The notes beneath the pieces were generated by a model. That model did no database searches. It saw only the letters and a program-made list of their open reading frames with translations, and had not been told where the DNA came from. From positions 736,001-800,000 of the forward strand of contig CP147779.1 of the NCBI GenBank assembly GCA_037308085.1: 64,000 bases of DNA, given 5' to 3'. Made by a program: the position numbers and the translations under genes. Below, piece by piece: positions 18,951-29,098 of the stretch (positions are counted from its first letter, which is position 1; each line of letters opens with the position of its first letter). This DNA comes from Promethearchaeati archaeon SRVP18_Atabeyarchaeia-1 (lineage in GTDB: Archaea; Asgardarchaeota; Atabeyarchaeia; Atabeyarchaeales; Atabeyarchaeaceae).

Positions 18951-20186
18951 ATGGGCTTTCACGAGATTGAGAGAAAGATAAGTATTCAGAGTGCCCTTCA
19001 GCTCATCTACTCAAATACAAGCAGGCTGGGGGGTGAAGAGGTCGAAGTCACGGCTTCTCTTGGAAGAATAGTCGGATCAGAGATCAGGTCTTCGATAGAC
19101 GTGCCTCACTTTGATCGCTCAGCAATGGATGGTTTTGCAGTTGTCGCGGAAGATACTTTTGGATGCAGCCAACAGAAACCAGCCACGCTAGTGGTTGCAG
19201 GTGAATCCAGAATGGGTGAGAGCACAGAGATTGAGATCGTTGGGGCCCAATCGGTTGAGGTCGCTACTGGTTCACAGATACCCCGTGGTGCAGATGCCGT
19301 CGTTAAGATTGAGAACACCTCCAGGGTAGGCAATTCCATAAGAGTGTTCTCTCCGGTTACTCCAGGAGAGAACGTCTCCAAGGTTGGGGAGGATGTTAAG
19401 AGAGGAGATATACTAGTAGAATCCGGCGAGGTTGTTCGCCCGCAGGAAATATCGATTCTCCTTGCTTGTGGCATCCGAAGAATCATTGCTGCTAGGAGAC
19501 CACTTGTGGGTGTGATAGCAACTGGAAATGAACTATTGGAACCACAGGGCGTGCCTGTCCCGGGCAAAGTGTTTGACGTCAACTCTTACTCCTTGTCTGC
19601 TTATGTCCAGCAATATGGTGGCATACCTGTAAACATGGGCCTAGTCGAGGACTCCTTCGAAGAGTTGAAAGAGGCGCTTGGAGCAGCATCCACATGTGAT
19701 ATTGTGATTTTTACTGGGAGCACATCTGTGGGAAAGAAAGACATGTTGCCCGAGGTCGTTTCCTCCGTGGGCAAGATAGTATTCCGTGGCGTGTCGATGA
19801 GACCAGGTGGACCAACTGCATTCGGTTTGGTTAATGGAAAGCAGGTTTTCCTGCTACCAGGCTTTCCCGTTGCTGCGATGATATCGTTTGAAACTTTCGT
19901 AGGTCCCACAATGCGCAAGATGATGGGCGCAAAGATCCTAGACATAAGATTGCAGGTGCCAGCCGTTCTTGCAAGTAGAGTACCGTCGGCGCTCGGCAGA
20001 AGAGACATCGTGAGAGTGAGACTCGCTACTGCCGAGGATGGGATCAGAATCGCTTATCCTGTAAGGAGCGCTGGCTCAGGCATAATAAGCAGCATGACTA
20101 GGGCAGACGGAATAATAGAGATACCTGAAGAGATTGAAGGCCTTGAGAAAGGCTCAAACGTGATCGTGAAACTGTTCGTAAGATAG
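18951..20186 (+). CDS. moeA: Molybdopterin molybdotransferase MoeA (1)
   Basis: VPHFDRSAMDGFAV, TG..IP.GADAVV..E, ATGNEL, LPGFP. Confidence 0.93.
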   Translation: MGFHEIERKISIQSALQLIYSNTSRLGGEEVEVTASLGRIVGSEIRSSIDVPHFDRSAMDGFAVVAEDTFGCSQQKPATLVVAGESRMGESTEIEIVGAQSVEVATGSQIPRGADAVVKIENTSRVGNSIRVFSPVTPGENVSKVGEDVKRGDILVESGEVVRPQEISILLACGIRRIIAARRPLVGVIATGNELLEPQGVPVPGKVFDVNSYSLSAYVQQYGGIPVNMGLVEDSFEELKEALGAASTCDIVIFTGSTSVGKKDMLPEVVSSVGKIVFRGVSMRPGGPTAFGLVNGKQVFLLPGFPVAAMISFETFVGPTMRKMMGAKILDIRLQVPAVLASRVPSALGRRDIVRVRLATAEDGIRIAYPVRSAGSGIISSMTRADGIIEIPEEIEGLEKGSNVIVKLFVR

Positions 20187-20229
20187 GTCTATTTTCACCA
20201 TCTCGTGGTGAGACACAGGAGAATATCGT

Positions 20230-21525
20230 GTGAAGAAAGATGTCTTTTTCAAAATAACTGCGCTGGGAGACGCATTTACTCAACTACAGGAATTTGCAGT
20301 CCCGATATTAGATAGCGAGAGGGTTAGTACCAGAGACTCCTTGAACCGCATACTATCTGCGGACGTACGGTCGCCGACAAATGTGCCCCATTTCGAAAGG
20401 TCGTCAAGGGACGGATATGCTGTGAAATCGTCGGACACATTTGGCGCGGGCGAAGTCAAGCCCATTTTCCTCCAGGTGGTGGGTGAAGTCCTTGCAGGCG
20501 CCAAGGCAAACGGATTGATATCGAAAGGAGAATGCATGAGAATTTCAACAGGCGCCATTGTGCCAAGGGGTGCAGATAGCGTCGTAATGCTCGAATACAC
20601 CGAAGAAGAGGCGGATGGGGTTGGGGTTCATCGCCCCACATCGCCTGGCGAAAACATCATCAAGATCGGGAGTGACGTTAAGGCAGGTGATTACGTTTTT
20701 AGGCGGGGAAGAAAGCTCTCTGCATTTGACTCGGGGGCCCTCGCAGCTCTCGGTTTTTCAGAGATTAGTGTATTCAGAAGACCAAACGTATCGATCATGA
20801 GCACGGGAAACGAATTGCTCAGCGCTGGGCAAGAACTTGAAGAAGGAAAGGTCTATGACATCAACTCGGTGACGATCCACCAAGCAGTGATCGAATCGGG
20901 CGCTATCCCAATAGACCTTGGCATATTCCCGGATGATCCTATCCTTCTGGTGAGCGCGATTAACTCAGCATTAAGTTCGTCCGACGTTATTCTTGCGTCG
21001 GGCGGCACATCAAAGGGTCCTGGAGACCTCTTGCTGAGCGCCATCAAGGAACTTGGCGAACCAAGATTCCTAGTCCATGGGATAGCCATCAAGCCCGGAA
21101 AACCTACAATTCTTGCGTCCATAAAGGATAAACTACTTATCACATTGCCCGGATACCCGACGTCAGCCCTAGTCGTCTACTACGTCCTTGTCGATCCAAC
21201 AATCAGAAAGATGGCTCACGAAGCTCCTTACGCATACCAGAGGGTTAAGGCGCATACATCTACAAGGTTTTACTCCGAAATTGGACGAAAGGAGTTCAAG
21301 CCCTGCAGAATCACAAAGACCGATGCTGAAGGAATCCATGTAGAACCTTCGGTCACGGGCAGTGAAGCAATAAAAACGCTCATCGATGCTGATGGATTCA
21401 TAATCATTGATGAAGAAACCGAGTTCGTCAATGAGGGCCAAGAAGTCGAGTTCTATGTCTTCCCGCACAGACTAGGAGAGGTCAATCGCATTTCGGGTGG
21501 GCCACTTTGGAGAAACCCCGTGTAA
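20230..21525 (+). CDS. moeA: Molybdopterin molybdotransferase MoeA (2)
   Basis: VPHFERSSRDGYAV, STGNEL, SGGTSKG.GD, IKPGKPT, LPGYP. Confidence 0.93.
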   Translation: MKKDVFFKITALGDAFTQLQEFAVPILDSERVSTRDSLNRILSADVRSPTNVPHFERSSRDGYAVKSSDTFGAGEVKPIFLQVVGEVLAGAKANGLISKGECMRISTGAIVPRGADSVVMLEYTEEEADGVGVHRPTSPGENIIKIGSDVKAGDYVFRRGRKLSAFDSGALAALGFSEISVFRRPNVSIMSTGNELLSAGQELEEGKVYDINSVTIHQAVIESGAIPIDLGIFPDDPILLVSAINSALSSSDVILASGGTSKGPGDLLLSAIKELGEPRFLVHGIAIKPGKPTILASIKDKLLITLPGYPTSALVVYYVLVDPTIRKMAHEAPYAYQRVKAHTSTRFYSEIGRKEFKPCRITKTDAEGIHVEPSVTGSEAIKTLIDADGFIIIDEETEFVNEGQEVEFYVFPHRLGEVNRISGGPLWRNPV

Positions 21526-22016
21526 TATGCATCGTAGGACCTGGGAGACACGTTGGGAAAACTGCGGTTCTGACCGAGATTCTCAAAGAGATGAAGGCCA
21601 GAAAACTCTCCGTCGGTACGGTGAAACACATTGGCGAGCGATCATCCTTCAAACTGACAGCTGGCAAAGACACTACCAAGCACCTCGAGGCAGGGTCAGA
21701 TGTAACTCTAGCTGTCACATCATCGGAGATCATAGCCATCAGAAGAGATATTCCACTCACACTGGAATCCGCGCTTTCGCAAATGCCAGGAGAATTGGAC
21801 TATGTCTTGGCGGAAGGGTTCAGACGATCGCAATATCCGAAAATCGTCGTAACCAACTCGGAATCGGAAGATCTTCGAGGCATTGCAGGAGAAATAATAG
21901 CTCTAGTCGTCGATCACAGAAACATAGTTCGAGGCGGGGGAGCAGGTGAAGCAAGTCGGTTTGACGTAGGGTATCTGGTAGAACTGATCCTTGAATACTT
22001 CAAAAACCATCATTAG
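21507..22016 (+). CDS. mobB: Molybdopterin-guanine dinucleotide biosynthesis protein B
   Basis: G...VGKT, VGTVKH, GKDT.KHL.AG, DYVLAEGF. Confidence 0.88.
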   Translation: MEKPRVICIVGPGRHVGKTAVLTEILKEMKARKLSVGTVKHIGERSSFKLTAGKDTTKHLEAGSDVTLAVTSSEIIAIRRDIPLTLESALSQMPGELDYVLAEGFRRSQYPKIVVTNSESEDLRGIAGEIIALVVDHRNIVRGGGAGEASRFDVGYLVELILEYFKNHH

Positions 22017-22866
22017 CCGTTTTCCCCGAGTCTCCATTCTGGGTCTCGCCTGCCTTGCCAAGTCCCTTCAACGCATCGAGCATCATCCTTCTCAGTTCCA
22101 GCGCAGTGAGGGTCTTTGCCAGACTTGCTTGGGCCTTGCTCAGGGCGTACTCATCGATCTCAAAATCGAAACCATAGTCTATGTCCCATAGGATTAGATT
22201 CTCAGGAGGAGCAGAAGGAACCCCCCTCGGGGGAGGCGTATTCATTGGATCGAATAATCGTTGAACCTCAACTACCCCTAGTAGACCTGAAGCAACACAG
22301 ATCAGTGCTCCGACAATCTTTCTGACCATCCTCCTGAGGAAACTATCTCCTGTGACAGTAATAGAAATCAGCCCATCATTCAGTCTCACCATTGAGAGTT
22401 CAGATATGTCTCTCATCGAGCCGTCTTGGGGTGCTCGGTGGGCGAATCTTCTGAAGTCATGGACACCCAAGAAAAGCTTGCCAGCTTGCGCCATCAAACC
22501 CAAGTTGGATTCGCTCGTAATGCGCAGAAGATACTTGTATCGCCTTCTAAGCGCCAACCGAGGGTTAAATGAGCTAGGAACTCTGGCTCTCGCCCACACT
22601 CTAATCTCGTCACATAATGCTGAATTCAACTCAGCCGGCGTCAACTCTCTTTCTGCATTAACCGCAAAGACATTTCCTAATGCAGAGACAAATCTATCAG
22701 TTCTGCCGGCTGAAGCAAACCTAGCTTTGGAGGGATCTTGAGGCACGGCGCCCGTTTTGACCGAGGCCTTCATGAGCTCGTCTTCGACTGTCCTGACCCC
22801 ACGTTGCCTCTGAGAACCGTAGAATCCTGCTCCATCATAATAGACCTTATACGCATATCTTTCCAC
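22000..22866 (-). CDS. truA: tRNA pseudouridine(38-40) synthase
   Basis: YDGAGFYGSQRQ, AGRTD.FVSA.GN, G.HDF..F, SFLRRMVRKIVG. Confidence 0.93.
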   Translation of the reverse strand: MERYAYKVYYDGAGFYGSQRQRGVRTVEDELMKASVKTGAVPQDPSKARFASAGRTDRFVSALGNVFAVNAERELTPAELNSALCDEIRVWARARVPSSFNPRLALRRRYKYLLRITSESNLGLMAQAGKLFLGVHDFRRFAHRAPQDGSMRDISELSMVRLNDGLISITVTGDSFLRRMVRKIVGALICVASGLLGVVEVQRLFDPMNTPPPRGVPSAPPENLILWDIDYGFDFEIDEYALSKAQASLAKTLTALELRRMMLDALKGLGKAGETQNGDSGKTANDGF

Positions 22867-22886
22867 TTTCGCGGCCCCGCATCATT

Positions 22887-24266
22887 CTACAACAACCGGG
22901 TCTGCTTGTCTTCCTTGTCCTTCTCTTTGGGCTTCTGGCTCTTCTGGGGCTGGCTTTTCGGTTTCTCCGGCTTGATGAGTTTGACCTTTTTCCCCCCGGT
23001 TATGACTTCTAAGTCTTCTTCCGTCAGATCGAACCACTTAGCTATCTCAGTTGCCGACTTAGCATCGTTCTCAATTATAGTCTGTATGGTAGGAAGATAC
23101 TCTTGCAGAACTTCGTATGTCGATGCGTGGCACTTCGCTTTTAGCTTCAGACAAACCTCTTTCAGGGCGCTTCTCCTTGATCGCGTGTTGCTTAGCCCTC
23201 TAATATAATTCGGAAAGGAGTAATTCACATAACTCTTTGACGGCACTCTTCTCGCCAATGCCACACCAGCACTCATCAGCTGAAACACATAGGACAAAAG
23301 ACCCCAATCTTGGTATTTCCTAATTCTACCCAGAAAAATATCAGCTCTCGAAAGCGCGTCAAATGCTTGGGACAACTCATGGGGATCTGTGAACTCCCTT
23401 GGGATGTTTTCGTATACCCACTGGATCAGCATGTCGTAATCCATGTCCAAGGATTCAATCGACGATATTGCCTTGCTCATGCTTTCAGCGTGGAACATGG
23501 CTCTCAAACCGTCGAAGATGCTCTGTATCCTATCCCTGCGGAAAGAGAGGTTCTTAACATTGGCGAGTGTTAGCTCTTCTCTTCCCTCTGCGACAGCCTG
23601 CAGATCATTGATGGCGGATCTCAAATCGCCGCCTGAGTTGTCTGCAATGCTTCTTAGAGCTTCGGCGTCAGTCTTGATGCCTTCATTCCGACAAATCTTG
23701 CTTAACATATTCAGAATCGTGCTTGCGTGTATCCTCCTGACCTCGATCATGAGGCAGAGGCGGTGGAGGGGCCTAATCTTCGCATCCCATTTGTCATTTG
23801 CCGTCAAGATTATCGGACTCATAGTCTCTTTTACCGCTTCAACAATGGCTGAAACTCCGCCTCTATCCTCGTCTCCGCTCAGTCCGTCTACTTCGTCAAT
23901 CAAGAGGATCCTGCTCTTGGCGTTATTGAACAATGAGCCTAGTGTAGCCGACGAGCAAATGATCTTTCTAACAGTTTCTTTGTCACGCTTGTCACTGGCA
24001 TTCACTTCGACGACTTCATGCCCTGATTCACTCCCAATGGCGTAGATCATACTCGTCTTTCCAGTTCCAGTGGGACCTGACAACAATACTGCTCTCTTAT
24101 CAGGGATTATCCCTGCATCCCAGGCGGACAGCCAGTTTTCTATCTTGGCTATTCCGTCGCTGTTTCCCAGTACCTCGGATCTCTTCTTGGGTGAATACTT
24201 GTCAGCCCAAGTGATGTTACTTCTTGCGGCTGGAACTAGGGATTTATGGCTCATTGCGTACATCAC
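22887..24266 (-). CDS. rfcL: Replication factor C large subunit
   Basis: [35 protein letters not shown], acidic/basic tail ending in QTRLL (PIP-like). Confidence 0.94.
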   Translation of the reverse strand: MMYAMSHKSLVPAARSNITWADKYSPKKRSEVLGNSDGIAKIENWLSAWDAGIIPDKRAVLLSGPTGTGKTSMIYAIGSESGHEVVEVNASDKRDKETVRKIICSSATLGSLFNNAKSRILLIDEVDGLSGDEDRGGVSAIVEAVKETMSPIILTANDKWDAKIRPLHRLCLMIEVRRIHASTILNMLSKICRNEGIKTDAEALRSIADNSGGDLRSAINDLQAVAEGREELTLANVKNLSFRRDRIQSIFDGLRAMFHAESMSKAISSIESLDMDYDMLIQWVYENIPREFTDPHELSQAFDALSRADIFLGRIRKYQDWGLLSYVFQLMSAGVALARRVPSKSYVNYSFPNYIRGLSNTRSRRSALKEVCLKLKAKCHASTYEVLQEYLPTIQTIIENDAKSATEIAKWFDLTEEDLEVITGGKKVKLIKPEKPKSQPQKSQKPKEKDKEDKQTRLL

Positions 24267-25242
24267 TCTTGGGGGGAGTCATCTTGGTGCCAGCGCTGGC
24301 GAAGTGGGCCAGGAGCGTGCTGAGCTGAATCTCCTCGTTGGCGCCTTGGGTCAAACGGAAATCAATCTCTCCAATTGAATCAGTCAGCTTGATCTTCTCA
24401 GAATCAGGCACTTTAAGGCTAAAAATCTCCCTGTGAATTTGCTTGATAACATCAGTTCCAGAAAGACCGTAGTTTATGAGCAACCCGTGCAACATGTTCC
24501 TGGCTTCCAGGAAATTGCCGCTGAGAGCCAGCTCAAGCATCTTAAGAACCTCTTCAGGTCTAGCTCTGCTCGCGACCCTGTAGACAACCTCGTCACTGAC
24601 CGCCGCCCCCACAGCTGATGCTCCCTGCAGAGCATTTATCGCCCGCCTTAAGTCACCACTGGCAATATAGAGAATCGCTTTCAAGCCCGATTCTTCAAGT
24701 TTCACAGACTCCTTCTCGGCAATAAACCTCAACCTTTGAGCAATATCCTTTTCGTGTAAAGGCACAAAGCGAAAAACAGCGCACCGACTCTGGATGGGCT
24801 CAATTATCTTGCTGGAGTAGTTACAGAGAAGCGTGAATCTGGCATTTCTGGAATAACGCTCCATTGTTCGACGCAGTGCATTCTGAGCGTCCGACGTAAC
24901 TGCATCAGCCTCATCCAGCACAATAATCTTGAAGGGGACATCGCTCAACGCTATTGTTCTGGCGAAATCCTTTATCCTGGTTCTTACAACGTTTATGCCA
25001 CGCTCATCGCTGCTATTAAGTTCAAGTATGTTGCCCTCGGTTTTACCCTTATACAAGTCGTTGGCAAGTGCTAGTATTGCAGTAGTCTTACCCGTACCAG
25101 GCGGACCTGCAAAGAGCAGGTGTGGAACGTTCTTCTCCTTCACAAACATCTTCAGGCGTTCGACAATTTCCTTCTGGTTGGTTATCTCTGAGAGGTTCCG
25201 CGGTCGATACTTTTCTACCCATAACGGAGACTCGTCGCTCAT
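24244..25242 (-). CDS. rfcS: Replication factor C small subunit
   Basis: [34 protein letters not shown]; no intein. Confidence 0.96.
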   Translation of the reverse strand: MSDESPLWVEKYRPRNLSEITNQKEIVERLKMFVKEKNVPHLLFAGPPGTGKTTAILALANDLYKGKTEGNILELNSSDERGINVVRTRIKDFARTIALSDVPFKIIVLDEADAVTSDAQNALRRTMERYSRNARFTLLCNYSSKIIEPIQSRCAVFRFVPLHEKDIAQRLRFIAEKESVKLEESGLKAILYIASGDLRRAINALQGASAVGAAVSDEVVYRVASRARPEEVLKMLELALSGNFLEARNMLHGLLINYGLSGTDVIKQIHREIFSLKVPDSEKIKLTDSIGEIDFRLTQGANEEIQLSTLLAHFASAGTKMTPPKSDVRNEP

Positions 25243-25501
25243 TTGTCATAATCCCCCTGTTGATTCTGGTTGAAGATTGGTGATAGCGTCACATGTAAAC
25301 AAGCTACTCGGTACTCTGTCAAGATAGATGAAATGGAGCACATAATTAAGTCTTACCTCGGGGAGGACGCATATTTACGAGTCTGTGTGGGCGGTTCATT
25401 CTGAGAACTACAGAAATCGGGGTACGGCTGGTTAAAGGGGTGGCTAGGGAGGTTCTCATCAATTCCCTAGATAGATTTGGAAACGGTGAACGCCCAAGTC
25501 T

Positions 25502-26992
25502 TCACTCGTTGATCATAGATTTAGTGCGGAAGTCACCAACATGGTAGAACTTGGGGACGCAGAAGTAGGGGGTCCAGTATTTGGCGCCTGGCGGCCATCC
25601 ACTTGACTTCCTGCCTCCGAAGGGCAGGGTGATATCCTGGTACTGTGGGTCCTCGTTTATGAAAGCTATCGCCACGTCAATTCTCTTCACAATCTTCATG
25701 GCAAGGTCGGTGTCTTCACAGTATATGCCTGTGCGCATTCCGTACTGGGTATCATTTGCGAGCTGAACGGCTTCGTCAACCGTTTCGAACTCCAGTATGC
25801 TTCTGGCTGATCCAAACGATTCCTCCATCCACATGAAAGGTTTCTCAACCATGCTTTGCGACCGGACGTGCTTCTTGTCCAGTTTTATGAGGGTGGGGGG
25901 ATAAAATGGATCTTCACGTTTGCCTCCCATGAGAAGTTTTCCATCCTTCTTGACGGCGTCCTGAACCATGAAGTCTATGGTGTCGATGATCCTCTTGCTG
26001 CCCAGCGGTCCGATCTCGGTCTCTGGATCCATTGGATCTCCGATTTTCAGCTTCAACGCTTTCTCAACGATCTTGTCAGAGAGATCCTTTACTATGTCCT
26101 TGTGCGCCAGTATCCTCTTCATCGAGAAACATTGTTGTCCACTGTTCGTGAAGCTTCCTCTTACAACCATGTCAGCGACTTTGTCCACGTCGACATTATT
26201 CATGATTATTCCGGCGTCATTTCCAGCCATCTCGAAGAGTAGCAGCTTGAACTTGCCATTGATGAACAAGCCACCTTCGAAGAAGGGCAGTTTCGTCGCC
26301 GTCGACTCCATATATTTCCCGTAGTCTATCAAGAGTTTCTTGCCCACATGGCTACTGCCAATGAAGGCGAAACAGTCAATCAGGGGATTGGATATGAATT
26401 CGGTCGTTGCTTCATCCCCTGGCATCAGGCAGACTTCGGTGCTCTCGACTGCCGGCATTCCTTCCACTTCTGAGGCGATCTCGAGGACCTTGAGAGGTGT
26501 TAGGGGAACTGCGCTTGAAGGCTTGATTATCACACTGTCCCCAGCGAGCCACGATGCGCCCGCTATGTACATTGGGAGGCTCATGGGAGTGTTCCTAGGT
26601 GAAAGGCCAGCAACCAACCCGATGGGTTCATACGTCATTACGTTCTTTCCCGCGATTGCCTCGACTTCCTTATCCTTTATCATGTCCGCTTGAACGTCGC
26701 ACGTCAGATATCCGTGCTGTATCATTCCGCAGTCCCATTTAGCATATTTGTACGGCAACCCGCCTTCTTTGACTATGAGCTCCACAAGCTCCCTCTTGTG
26801 CATTCTAACTGATCTGCCGAGCCTTCTGATGAATTCTATGCGCTCACCTAAGTCGGTTTTCCTCATTTTCTCCTTGGCATCGCTAACCTTCCTAATCTTC
26901 TCTCTCAGAACATCGATGGTATCCGCCTGGACCTCCTGTATCACTTCGCCTGTGTACTTATTCGTCACTGATATGACAGATGAGCCAGCCAT
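25502..26992 (-). CDS. NAD(P)-dependent aldehyde dehydrogenase
   Basis: P.N.P, IIKPSS..P, FIGS..VG, catalytic E in EMAGND, C in GQQC, EESFG, PFGGRKSSG. Confidence 0.9.
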   Translation of the reverse strand: MAGSSVISVTNKYTGEVIQEVQADTIDVLREKIRKVSDAKEKMRKTDLGERIEFIRRLGRSVRMHKRELVELIVKEGGLPYKYAKWDCGMIQHGYLTCDVQADMIKDKEVEAIAGKNVMTYEPIGLVAGLSPRNTPMSLPMYIAGASWLAGDSVIIKPSSAVPLTPLKVLEIASEVEGMPAVESTEVCLMPGDEATTEFISNPLIDCFAFIGSSHVGKKLLIDYGKYMESTATKLPFFEGGLFINGKFKLLLFEMAGNDAGIIMNNVDVDKVADMVVRGSFTNSGQQCFSMKRILAHKDIVKDLSDKIVEKALKLKIGDPMDPETEIGPLGSKRIIDTIDFMVQDAVKKDGKLLMGGKREDPFYPPTLIKLDKKHVRSQSMVEKPFMWMEESFGSARSILEFETVDEAVQLANDTQYGMRTGIYCEDTDLAMKIVKRIDVAIAFINEDPQYQDITLPFGGRKSSGWPPGAKYWTPYFCVPKFYHVGDFRTKSMINE

Positions 26993-27301
26993 TGTGGAAA
27001 CCCCTTTCTAGCAGAGTGAGATTAAAGCAGGGTAGTAATCCGGATTCATTAGACGAGGAATGGTTCTGCTTCCAGCTCAGCCCTTGCGGAAAACACTGAG
27101 CAAGGATTCAGATTTGAGATTCCTTCGTTGGGCTCACGATAAAAATATGTCTCTACAACCCCCCCCTCATATTCGACAATAACCGAATTCCCGCCTGAGA
27201 ATATGCCAAAAACGAATACATCAACATTGACACGCAAGATCTGTTACTTCTGCGGTTGGCGTGTTTTTGGATGGAAGGCTTTTATGCGGAAGGAGGCTTA
27301 G

Positions 27302-27617
27302 TTTGGGCGCGCAAGCATTCAAAGCGATCAGGCAGAGCTGCACACCAATTACGTTAACCCATCCAAGACTTCTTCCCTCTGCGCGATATGTGGTTCACCA
27401 GTAACCGAATGTGCGGGGAGGAAGCTCTACTGCCCACGCTGCAACAGGCTCGTGGACAGGGATGAGAACGCGGCTTTGAACATCGCGGGCGCAGGGCTGT
27501 GGTTCAGCCTGAAGGGAGCGGCAAGTGAAGCAGCGAAGGGGAACCCCGAACACGGAAAGGCAATCCCCAGAGCAGATGCCACCCAGTTACCTCTTAAACC
27601 GAAGAGGTAACAGAACC
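27302..27617 (+). pseudogene. tnpB: tnpB C-terminal remnant (Zn ribbon plus RuvC-III) with right-end RNA
   Basis: Start-less frame YVNPSKTSSLCAICG...CPRCNRLVDRDENAALNI..., stop 27608-27610, terminal hairpin then CAGAACC. Confidence 0.8.
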
Positions 27618-27682
27618 AGACGCAACAAGGGTAATAAACAGTGGATAGTCGTAGAGCAAGAAGAAATCGGCGGTGTTCTTGA

Positions 27683-29086
27683 TTGGCGAGTTCGAGAGAG
27701 ATCTACAGCGAGCTTGTGAATATTGTCGGGACTGGAAATGTCAGTGATGACGAGATAATCCTTTACTCGTACAGTGAGGACTCCAGCCCATTTCCTTCAA
27801 AGAAACCCGCGGTCGTCGTGAGAGTAGGCGACACGGGCGAGGTATCACAGATCCTAAAGTTCGCCAACAAGACGAAAACTCCAGTCGTTCCGACGGGAGG
27901 AAGAAGTAGCATAAGTGGGGCTCCATTGCCAAGGGTTCCTGGTGCGATAATGCTGGATTTGACTAAGATGGACTTGGTCAAGGAAGTCGATGACGATACA
28001 CTCACCGTCACTACTCAGTGTGGCATGAGGTGGGCCCAACTGATACATGAGCTGTACCTGAAAGGTTACAAGCTTGGCTTCAGGGGGCCATATGGAGGGA
28101 ACGCTGGGACAATCGGTGGCTCGCTCAGCGTCAACACCGTCGGATGTGGCGCAAGCAAGTGGGGCGGGGCCTGCAATAGTGTAGTCAGTATCGAGGTCGT
28201 TCTGCCCACAGGCGAGGTAGTGAGAACTGGAAGTGCTTGGAGTCCGGTAGCCAAAAGATTCTCCAGATATGCAACTTTCAACGACCTCACTGGTCTCTTC
28301 TTGGGAGACCATGGAACCCTGGGTGTCAAGACTGAGGCTACACTCAAAATCTATCCGCTGCCAAAAGGAACCGCCTATGCTGATTATGGCTTCAGCAGAC
28401 TCAGTGACTGCGTGAGCGCATTCCACGAACTTCAGAAGCTGGGGATACCTGAAGAAATCATCATGCTGGGAGACAAGGCGTCGATCGGTCTGTTGGCCGA
28501 GACCTACCTTGAATCTTTCCCTGAGGTAGAATGCGTATTCGCAGTCGCAATCGAGGAGATTGACAGCGCTATCTCTGACCGAAAAAAGGCACTATGTGAC
28601 GAGGTGGCAAAGAAGCACGGCGGCAAAGCACTGGGATCATTTCTAACTAGAGCCCATTGGCTCGACATGTTCAACATGACTCAGCCACTCTTCGATTCTG
28701 GGTTCTGGTTCAACACCTGCCACATAAGACCAATTTCAACACTGCCTGAGATAATCGATGATGCCCTGAGGCTGTTTAAGAGAGAGAAAGTGAACGAGAA
28801 GGGAATGAAGTGGATTATAAGCGCCTTGGGGGTTGACAGATGTTACTCCACGGCTTGGATAACTCTGTTCGAAGGAGATCCAGCCAAGCGGAGCGAGCTC
28901 GAGAAGGTTTGGAACCAGCTCAAGGAAATGGAACTCGAAAGCGGTGGGGTTCCTTACTGGGCAGGTCCGCTCTGGGAGCCTCATGTATTGCCCAGAGTCG
29001 GTCAAGGGTTCTACTCCGTTCTGAAGAAGATTAAGAGCGTAATCGACCCGAATTCAATACTACATCCTTCAACATTCGGACTGTGA
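27683..29086 (+). CDS. FAD-binding oxidoreductase (GlcD/FAD-linked oxidase family)
   Basis: YSEDSS....PAVVV, PTGGRSS, TIGG, IEVVLPTG, G.HGTLGV.TE, IKSVIDPNSILHP. Confidence 0.85.
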   Translation: MASSREIYSELVNIVGTGNVSDDEIILYSYSEDSSPFPSKKPAVVVRVGDTGEVSQILKFANKTKTPVVPTGGRSSISGAPLPRVPGAIMLDLTKMDLVKEVDDDTLTVTTQCGMRWAQLIHELYLKGYKLGFRGPYGGNAGTIGGSLSVNTVGCGASKWGGACNSVVSIEVVLPTGEVVRTGSAWSPVAKRFSRYATFNDLTGLFLGDHGTLGVKTEATLKIYPLPKGTAYADYGFSRLSDCVSAFHELQKLGIPEEIIMLGDKASIGLLAETYLESFPEVECVFAVAIEEIDSAISDRKKALCDEVAKKHGGKALGSFLTRAHWLDMFNMTQPLFDSGFWFNTCHIRPISTLPEIIDDALRLFKREKVNEKGMKWIISALGVDRCYSTAWITLFEGDPAKRSELEKVWNQLKEMELESGGVPYWAGPLWEPHVLPRVGQGFYSVLKKIKSVIDPNSILHPSTFGL

Positions 29087-29098
29087 AGGTGAACTAAG

